A stretch of 64,000 nucleotides of DNA from positions 52,131 to 116,130 of the IMG/VR virus record IMGVR_UViG_3300032893_000010. One strand, given 5' to 3'. The notes below the pieces were generated by a model. That model had not been told where the DNA came from and did no database searches. It worked only from the letters and a program-made list of their open reading frames with translations. The position numbers and the translations under genes are program-made. This DNA is from a virus. Below, piece by piece: positions 44,575 to 51,461 of this stretch (position 1 is its first letter; each line of letters starts with the position of its first letter).

Positions 44575-44949
44575 ATGGCAGCAGGACTATCAATTTACTA
44601 CCTGTACGGTTACCCAGGCAATGTGGCATCAAGTTCTCTGGTAGATTCTTCTTCGTTTACCTACACTTCTGGTGTTTCCACAACACATGCTGGTGCTTAC
44701 ATAGCTGGTTATCTTGACGGTGAGAACAGAGCTAAGATGTTCTACACAGATGGTTCGTCTATCGCTCTTCCGACTCTGGTATCAGTTACTCAGGTGTCTA
44801 TGACAGATGCTTCTGGCACATCTAAGACTGGCGGATACTATGTAGTTCTTTCATTTGCAGCAGGTTCACCGGATGCTACATCAGCAAACTCAGAGATTTA
44901 CCTTGATCAGAATGGTCTGCTTATCGTAGCTGGAACGGCTTACGGATAA
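44575..44949 (+). CDS. putative virion protein (paralog of 47330)
   Basis: S/T/G/A-rich; LPTLVSVTQVS. Confidence 0.5.
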   Translation: MAAGLSIYYLYGYPGNVASSSLVDSSSFTYTSGVSTTHAGAYIAGYLDGENRAKMFYTDGSSIALPTLVSVTQVSMTDASGTSKTGGYYVVLSFAAGSPDATSANSEIYLDQNGLLIVAGTAYG

Positions 44950-45132
44950 TATGTGGACTAGGAAGCACATGCTCAGGCCAGTAGCTAGGTGCGAGTCTGG
45001 AGCTTGAAAAATTTCAGTTCAAAAGGTATTGACATTCAGGTCATAACCTGTTAGAATGTACTTGTTACAGCTACGGTGGGGACGCGCCGGCGCGTCCCCA
45101 CCGTATCAAACATCAGGAGGGAGGGAAGTAAT

Positions 45133-45252
45133 ATGCTGCATGCTTACTATTTTGCGTGTCATCCTCATTTCTTTGAGTTCGTAAGAGGATGTCACCTGCA
45201 TCACCATTGTTTTGATCTGTTCAGGCATTTCCATCACTGTTTCAGGCGATAA
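45133..45252 (+). CDS. 39-aa His/Cys/Phe-rich peptide
   Basis: promoter at 45029, strong RBS, MLHAYYFACHPHFFEFVRGCHLHHHCFDLFRHFHHCFRR. Confidence 0.55.
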   Translation: MLHAYYFACHPHFFEFVRGCHLHHHCFDLFRHFHHCFRR

Positions 45253-45299
45253 ACAATTTCGTGAGGCTCCGAGGGTAACCTTGGATTACCTCACATCAT

Positions 45300-45382
45300 G
45301 CCAGTATATCCAAGCGGCTCAAAGGGCGCGGTCTGTAAAACCGTTGGTTATACCTTCCTAGGTTCGAATCCTAGTGCTGGCA
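45300..45382 (+). tRNA. tRNA-Tyr(GTA)
   Basis: cloverleaf with long variable arm. Confidence 0.9.
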
Positions 45383-45481
45383 CGTGTTCCATAGGATCAC
45401 ATTGCGACTATCAATAGTTCAATTTAATCCTTCATTAAGTAGGAGCTGACAATAGGTGACCGAAAACAATGAAGGTATCGT

Positions 45482-45555
45482 GGCGCTCTAGCCCAACGGC
45501 AGGAGGCACATGCCTTAGGAGCATGACAGTGTGAGTTCGAATCTCACGGGCGCTA
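45482..45555 (+). tRNA. tRNA-Leu(TAG)
   Basis: cloverleaf, short variable arm. Confidence 0.88.
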
Positions 45556-45793
45556 CTTTGAGAATATGGCTGAACGCCTCATAAAAGGGCGGCAGTAGGG
45601 AAGAAAGGTTCAAGAATCTGACTTCCTGACACCGTTGAGGCAAAAATCGACTAGTCTTATGTCCGCTATTCTCAATACCACTAGATACTGCTGATGAGAG
45701 GGTGATCCTCTTACATATACGGAATCCGAGGAAGCATAGTTCCGGGGGGATTATAAGCCTAAGTATGTCTATGCTCAGCAAGTCTAGTATCAA

Positions 45794-45865
45794 GGTTCTT
45801 TAGTGAAACTGGAATCACGATTGGTTGAAGCCCAGTAGTTGTCAGTTCGAGCCTGGCGGGAACCA
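45794..45865 (+). tRNA. tRNA-Phe(GAA)
   Basis: cloverleaf. Confidence 0.85.
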
Positions 45866-46521
45866 CTAAAGATTACCAGAACAGAAGGCTACTGGTTCGA
45901 ATCCAGTACTTCCCACGAAAGCATCTTAAAAGGAGGATAAGATGGATATAATTCGTGACATAGATTCAGCAGAAAACGGTAAAGATGCTGAGAAGAAGAG
46001 AAAGTTCTGGGCATCTAAGATAACAAATCTAGGAGCAGAGAAGATAGCCGGTGCCAGCATCAGGCGTGTTAATAAGAATGACTGGCGTGTTGACCTGTTC
46101 CTGTACGTAGACAGGAATTCGTCAGAATTCAAGGACTTCATGAGAAGGTTCAGATGACGGCTATAGGTGGCTACGTAAAACGTAAGGATAGGGTAAAACA
46201 GGAAGTATATGACAGGTTTTATGACGGGACGCATTGTCCTAATTGCGGGGCTAACTACAAATACGTAGCAATGTGGCCGCATATATGCAAGGAAATCCTT
46301 TACCAGTCTATGCCTATACTTAATTTTGTGCCGTTTGAAGTTGATAATAAGGAGTAGACGTGTCTGCAAACAACCATTGCTCTGCGTGTTCAGGATCAGG
46401 CAAGGTTGACTGTCCTTTCTGCAAAAAAGAGGATGCTTCATGTGTGACGCTAAAGGTGAGGCAGCTTGCCCTGACTGTAATGGCACTGGTAAAAGATAAC
46501 AGTATTCAGGGCCGTAATAGA

Positions 46522-46595
46522 GGCCGCTTAGACCAATAGGCAGAGTCGCCACTCTCAAAAAGTGGATGTTATCGGTTCGAATCCGATAGTGGCTA
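46522..46595 (+). tRNA. tRNA-Leu(CAA)
   Basis: cloverleaf. Confidence 0.88.
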
Positions 46596-46599
46596 CCGT

Positions 46600-46674
46600 G
46601 GCCCTATAGTTCCAATTGGCAGAGATCGTTGACTTAAAATCAATACAGTGAGGGTTCGACTCCCTCTAGGGCTA
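46600..46674 (+). tRNA. tRNA-Leu(TAA)
   Basis: cloverleaf, loop CTTAAAA. Confidence 0.85.
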
Positions 46675-46698
46675 CATAAGGGGAGAAATCCCCATCTC

Positions 46699-46769
46699 GC
46701 GTCAGTAGTTTAGTGGTAAAACTTCAGACTTCCAATCTGACATCGGGGGTTCAATTCCCCCTTGACGCT
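46699..46769 (+). tRNA. tRNA-Gly(TCC)
   Basis: cloverleaf. Confidence 0.9.
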
Positions 46770-46795
46770 CGTAGTATATAGATAAGGAGGGAAAA

Positions 46796-47272
46796 ATGAA
46801 CATCGAAGTTTTTGAAAGACTGGTCAATAACATCAAAAGTGACAGGATTAGTCATCATCAAAGTCAGTGGATGAAAGACCACACTAATACGTTTGTATTC
46901 ACGGAAGAGACTAGATGGTCTTGTGCAACTTCAGCTTGCGCTGCTGGTTTTGTATGGCTGGAAGAAGCGGAACCGGGAACTGTATTTGACTTGGATTCTG
47001 AACTGGTGATGACTCCAGCAGGGTATGAGAAATACCAGATGCTGCATGATCGCATTGAAGAGGCTTACGACAATGGTGATTATGATGAAGCGTCTGTTGC
47101 TGAAAAGGAAAGAAGCAGTGCAGGTGTCAAGATCGCTGACTGGGCGGCTGAGAAACTGGGAATCGATGACTACGACGCAAACTTCCTGTTCTACAACTTT
47201 GATAGCACCGAGGAAACATTGAGGCGCATCTATCATCTCATGGACGGCGGCCATTTTGATGATTATGAATAA
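46796..47272 (+). CDS. hypothetical phage protein
   Basis: QSQW..CATSACAAG motif; RBS. Confidence 0.65.
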   Translation: MNIEVFERLVNNIKSDRISHHQSQWMKDHTNTFVFTEETRWSCATSACAAGFVWLEEAEPGTVFDLDSELVMTPAGYEKYQMLHDRIEEAYDNGDYDEASVAEKERSSAGVKIADWAAEKLGIDDYDANFLFYNFDSTEETLRRIYHLMDGGHFDDYE

Positions 47273-47329
47273 CTAGCTGATGCGCTATACTGATAGAGTA
47301 AATATTTAATCTCAGATAGGACAGCTAAA

Positions 47330-47896
47330 ATGGCTCTATCAGTTGCTACATTAGCGGGTTATCCTGCTATCAACACGACGTTCCAGCGTTCTGCTGGTAC
47401 TCCCACTGACGCAGCAACATACTCTTTTACTAACGGAGTATATACTGCGAGTACTGTATATGTCGCAGGAATCTTAGATCAGCAGGGAATGAATCCTTCA
47501 AGAATCTTCGAGTGTGACAATAATACAGGTGGTGCTACTAAGGGAACCAAGACCTTGCCGAAGCTGGTAACTATTACTCAGGTTTCAGCCACAGGTTCTT
47601 CTCTTCAGGAGCTGCCATCTAACTATTCTAACGGCGTAAGTTACGTAGAATCAGCGAATGCTACTGGTTATTCTGGATTCCTGATTGTCCTGAATGCAGT
47701 TCAGGGTCAGCAGGATTCAGGTTTGTATCCTCTAGGGTATAACAACGCGACTCTGGCTAGCTCAGATGTCCCTGGCTGGACTTCTCAGGGCGGAAACTAT
47801 CCTAACACAGTCACAGTAGGATATCCTTATCCTCAAATGCGCTTTTTCGTAAGCATGAGCGCTCTTCTTATCATCGCTTCCACATCTACAGGGTGA
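47330..47896 (+). CDS. putative virion protein
   Basis: S/T/G-rich; LPKLVTITQVS shared with 44575. Confidence 0.5.
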   Translation: MALSVATLAGYPAINTTFQRSAGTPTDAATYSFTNGVYTASTVYVAGILDQQGMNPSRIFECDNNTGGATKGTKTLPKLVTITQVSATGSSLQELPSNYSNGVSYVESANATGYSGFLIVLNAVQGQQDSGLYPLGYNNATLASSDVPGWTSQGGNYPNTVTVGYPYPQMRFFVSMSALLIIASTSTG

Positions 47897-48108
47897 TGTT
47901 CTAATGAATATCTCAGTTCATGAGCATAATAATGCTTTTTATTGCGGATCAGGAACGCCCTGGGCTCACGCCTGGTCCGCTCAGAAGCTCGTTTCAGCGG
48001 CAGTAGTAGCTGCTACAGGCGGTACATACGAGGTTTCAGCTCCTGTAGAGGAAGAAAAAACTAAGAAAACAGCAAAATCTAAGAAATAACCTTAAACAAG
48101 GAGGGAAA

Positions 48109-49188
48109 ATGGCTTTATATAGTCTTGAGCAAGAGCCTCAGAACCATGTTACGTTCGTTTTTGATGAATCGTACAGCATGTATCCCCATTCTGTGGCTCT
48201 TGTCAAGCTTTTTGACAACGAAGTTCGCTATCTGGCTAAGAGAAGCCTGGAAATGAACCAGGAAACTCGTGTTTCCGTGTATCTTTTCAGCAATCCTGGC
48301 ACTGCTAGATGCGTTTTGTACGACTCTGACGTGCTCAGAGCGCAAGAATCCTTCACTTTGAAGGGAAAATACAGCCCTGAGGGCAATACAGCCCTGTGTG
48401 ATGCTGCTGTTCTTGCTGTCGAAGACCTGAAAATGGTTCCTACTAAGTACGGACAGCACTCCCACTGGCTTATGATCTTTACTGATGGCATAGAGAACAG
48501 CAGTTCTTTCAATAACAGGCGGAAAATCAAGACTTTGATTCCGTCTCTGACCGATGAGTGGACTGTTTCTATCTTCGTCCCAGATCAGATTGCTAAGAAG
48601 CAGGTTACCGACTGGGGTTTCCCCAAAGATAATGTAGCTATCTGGGATACGACCTCTGAAAGAGGCATGGATGAGGTTGTAAACACAGTACGTAAGGCTT
48701 CTGAATCGTATTTCACGCTGAGGTCTACCGGCGCTAAGGGCTCTAAGAGCCTATTCTCACTGAATTCTCTCACCCGAGCTCAGATCAGGAGTGAGCTTAA
48801 GCCTCTCCCGTATGGTTATTACCAGATTTTGCAGCATCCTAAGGATGTGAAGACGACTATCTGGATCAGGGACCTGGTTAATAACAAGCTTCCCCTGACA
48901 TATAAGAGAGGGTATGGCTACTATGAACTGGTAAAGAATGAGCATATCAAGGGTCATAAGGGTGTTATCATCGAGCAGGGCGGACAGTTCTATGCTGGTA
49001 ACGCAAGGGATCTTCTAGGGCTGCCGGATGATGAGGTAAAGGTCGGCCCAGATCACTCCACGGAGTATAAGATCTTCGTGCAGAGTGATAGCCACAACAG
49101 GAATATCATTCCTGGCCAGCGTGTCTTGTACCTGACAGGTAATGGGTTGACTCACTGGCCGCAATTTCCGCTGAAAATTTCTGAATAA
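48109..49188 (+). CDS. vWA-domain protein
   Basis: MIDAS DESYSM, GNTALCDA, FTDGIENSS. Confidence 0.82.
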   Translation: MALYSLEQEPQNHVTFVFDESYSMYPHSVALVKLFDNEVRYLAKRSLEMNQETRVSVYLFSNPGTARCVLYDSDVLRAQESFTLKGKYSPEGNTALCDAAVLAVEDLKMVPTKYGQHSHWLMIFTDGIENSSSFNNRRKIKTLIPSLTDEWTVSIFVPDQIAKKQVTDWGFPKDNVAIWDTTSERGMDEVVNTVRKASESYFTLRSTGAKGSKSLFSLNSLTRAQIRSELKPLPYGYYQILQHPKDVKTTIWIRDLVNNKLPLTYKRGYGYYELVKNEHIKGHKGVIIEQGGQFYAGNARDLLGLPDDEVKVGPDHSTEYKIFVQSDSHNRNIIPGQRVLYLTGNGLTHWPQFPLKISE

Positions 49189-49193
49189 AATCC

Positions 49194-49222
49194 TTGACAT
49201 CATGTCCCGAACGTGGTATCAT
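49194..49222 (+). promoter_or_regulatory. promoter for the tRNA/Y RNA/Ro60 operon
   Basis: TTGACA-N17-TATCAT with upstream AAATTTCTGAAT. Confidence 0.7.
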
Positions 49223-49286
49223 GGTACATGTGAGGTTGAGAGCTAGGGATGCATACCTAGTCTCTTATCAAAAACCCCACTCCAAT

Positions 49287-49358
49287 GGCCCTATCGTCTA
49301 GTGGATAGGACAAGAGACTTTCAATCTCTAAAGCGGAGTTCAATTCTCCGTAGGGCTA
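49287..49358 (+). tRNA. tRNA-Glu(TTC)
   Basis: cloverleaf. Confidence 0.9.
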
Positions 49359-49363
49359 CTATG

Positions 49364-49451
49364 TCCAGGTGTGAAGAATACGGTTGCTTCAAACAAACAG
49401 TTAGAAAAACTGTTAAGTTACCAGGACACCGTATTCGATTGATTCTCTGGG
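49364..49451 (+). ncRNA. Y-RNA-like 1 (stem-loop cargo)
   Basis: CCAGGTG..GAATACGGT/ACCGTATTC..GATTCTCTGG. Confidence 0.7.
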
Positions 49452-49497
49452 TCTAGCTAGTGGTCTACCCACCCATATCATATCTAACTATCAAGTT

Positions 49498-49857
49498 ATG
49501 ATATACTTAGATATGGCAAAAAGCAAGGAAGCTCAATCTAAAGCGTCTCGTAAACATTACGAGAACAACCGTCAGGCAATGATAGCTCGTGCAATGAAGT
49601 TTAAAGACGAGTTAAAGAAAAGCATAAGACAGTACATACAAGATCTGAAATCCTCAACACCTTGCAAGGACTGTGAGGTTCAGTATCCATATTATGTTAT
49701 GCATTTCGACCATTTACCTGAGTTTGAAAAAAAGTTTGATATTGGGAACTCTTCTAAGTGGACAAGCATGAAGAAGGTTCTTGATGAGATGGAAAAATGT
49801 GAGATAGTTTGCGCTAACTGTCACGCAGAAAGAACACATCGACGCGCGGTGGTGTAA
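49498..49857 (+). CDS. HNH endonuclease
   Basis: CKDC, FDH, CEIVCANCH. Confidence 0.88.
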   Translation: MIYLDMAKSKEAQSKASRKHYENNRQAMIARAMKFKDELKKSIRQYIQDLKSSTPCKDCEVQYPYYVMHFDHLPEFEKKFDIGNSSKWTSMKKVLDEMEKCEIVCANCHAERTHRRAVV

Positions 49858-49914
49858 AGGGAACACGCTGGTCTCATAAGCCAGATAATGCCAGTTCGAG
49901 TCTGGTCTGCGCTA
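49843..49914 (+). tRNA. tRNA-Met(CAT), 1:72 mismatch (initiator-like)
   Basis: cloverleaf; overlaps the HNH stop. Confidence 0.85.
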
Positions 49915-49950
49915 CGAACTAGGATTGATTTATCTAGGATAAAGTTTAAT

Positions 49951-50074
49951 GCCAGGTGCATTGAGTACAGATACTTCATTAGCAGAGCCAATATTTGCTA
50001 TAGCTCAAGATAAGAGCGCCGACTTCATACGTCGGAGGTTATGACATTTCTCTGTTCTCGCCCGATTCTCTGGC
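49951..50074 (+). ncRNA. Y-RNA-like 2 (tRNA-CAT opened at T loop)
   Basis: scaffold plus TAGCAGA-GCCA-ATA-TTTGCTA, D arm, CCGAC-TTCATAC-GTCGG. Confidence 0.75.
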
Positions 50075-50314
50075 GCTAATTTTAACTTAGGAGGAAGAAA
50101 GTGTACGTAACAGGTAAAGAACTTATATCTGAACTTCAGAGATTACCTGAAGAAGCCCAGAATCTGGCAGTTTACTTCAAGTGCAGAGAGAATAATCTTG
50201 AGGGAATGCTGGAAGTGTTTGATTTGAAAGTCGTTCCTGCTGGATACGGGCAGGTTATTCTTCTTCTTCCTGCTTAATTAAGTTTGTCCATACTGTACCT
50301 CCTTCCGTATGGAT

Positions 50315-50468
50315 ATCCCTGGTGTGCTTGTCCAGAGTTACTTCAATAATGGTAAAACATACATTTGAAACATGTAAATTGTTAGTTCGAATCTAACCAC
50401 GGGCACCAGATCATGCCCGTGAAGTTTATAACTTTGAAAAACACCTCTGACCGTTTATTCTCAGGGAT
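50315..50468 (+). ncRNA. Y-RNA-like 3 (tRNA-GAA opened at D loop)
   Basis: scaffold plus TACAT-TTGAAAC-ATGTA, T arm, CACGGGC-ACCA..GCCCGTG. Confidence 0.75.
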
Positions 50469-50529
50469 TGTCATTTTATTTGTTTTACCTCTGCGCCGAA
50501 CATCTTTGAATGCTCAGGGCAGAGTTCAT

Positions 50530-50601
50530 GGGCCTGTGGCTGAATGGCTTAGGCAGATGATTGCAACCCATCTTTATCCGGTTCAAATCCGGCATGGCCC
50601 T
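50530..50601 (+). tRNA. tRNA-Cys(GCA)
   Basis: cloverleaf, U73. Confidence 0.85.
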
Positions 50602-50605
50602 CTGT

Positions 50606-50748
50606 AAATCCAGGTGCAATTGCGAGAGTTACTTCATACAAATGATCAAATCGGAAAAGATAATTCTCTGTAAAAGAATAAATTGCAGGTTCAAGTCCTG
50701 CTTTGTATAGCAAAGCTAATAAACTCTTGCTTCCTATTCTCTGGATTT
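50606..50748 (+). ncRNA. Y-RNA-like 4 (linear tRNA-GTA embedded)
   Basis: scaffold around a cloverleaf at 50636-50709. Confidence 0.75.
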
Positions 50749-50763
50749 TCTGAAATTTAACAT

Positions 50764-50897
50764 AGCCTGGTGCGAGGACTTCAGCTACTTCACTTTTTAA
50801 TCTGCGTGCGATGGTTCGAATCCATTCCCCATGGCGGGTAGCTCAGCGGAAGAGCAGCAGAATACGGTAAAAGCTGGTGTCAGTTAACCCTCAGGCT
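50764..50897 (+). ncRNA. Y-RNA-like 5 (YrlA-type topology)
   Basis: T arm, closed acceptor, D arm, TCTGC/GCAGA stem. Confidence 0.8.
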
Positions 50898-50910
50898 GCG
50901 ACAAAACTTA

Positions 50911-51072
50911 ATAGCCAGGTGCAAAGAGACTCGGTTACTTCTAAATATGACATGCGGAGTCCGAGGGCAGGTTCGATTCCTGAAGCCCGACCAATCAACG
51001 GGTGGTAGCTCACAGTGGGAGAGCGCGAAAAAAATACGAAATTACACCGCGTTTCGAATATTCTCTGGCTAT
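50911..51072 (+). ncRNA. Y-RNA-like 6 (YrlA-type topology)
   Basis: CAGG-TTCGATT-CCTG, GCCCG-ACCA..CGGGT, D arm GCTC/GAGC. Confidence 0.78.
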
Positions 51073-51090
51073 TTCATCATGGGAGGTCAA

Positions 51091-51201
51091 ATGGCAGCTA
51101 AACTATGCGGGTGTACTTGTCCCTCATGCCAGGAGATTAACTTCTTCGGCAGAGGCAGTCACTGCGGCAGCAAGAAATGCACGAGTACTATGGAAAAATA
51201 A
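51091..51201 (+). CDS. 36-aa Cys-rich peptide
   Basis: GGAGG RBS; CGCTCPSC..HC..C. Confidence 0.5.
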   Translation: MAAKLCGCTCPSCQEINFFGRGSHCGSKKCTSTMEK

Positions 51202-51210
51202 TTTAATATT

Positions 51211-51309
51211 ACCTGGTGCGAAAGAAACAGTTACTTCATGGTTCGATCCCACGTATTTCTGTTAGAAATAGCTAAAGGCAGCTAACACTGTTTCACATTA
51301 TTCTCAGGT
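51211..51309 (+). ncRNA. Y-RNA-like 7 (minimal T/acceptor/D module)
   Basis: TGG-TTCGATC-CCA, TATTTCT/AGAAATA, TAGCT/AGCTA. Confidence 0.72.
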
Positions 51310-51325
51310 TCAGTACGTATTACCC

Positions 51326-51420
51326 AATGCCCAGGTGCGTTGACAACGGTTACTTCAGCAATTGTCTATCAAACAATAGTAGCTAAAAATTATGCCGTTG
51401 TCTCTGATTCTCTGGGCATT
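51326..51420 (+). ncRNA. Y-RNA-like 8 (lone anticodon stem-loop)
   Basis: GACAACGGT/GCCGTTGTC, ATTGT-CTATCAA-ACAAT. Confidence 0.72.
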
Positions 51421-51461
51421 TTTTATTCTCTATCCAGATATAGGTGCAGTAGGAGGCACAA

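Noticed and set aside
45691-45760. Hammerhead ribozyme (CTGATGAG)
   Set aside because: No correctly placed GAAA after stem II
49364-51420. CRISPR-like repeat/spacer array
   Set aside because: Units are irregularly spaced, conserve pairing rather than exact sequence, contain tRNA arms and sit beside Ro60 rather than cas genes
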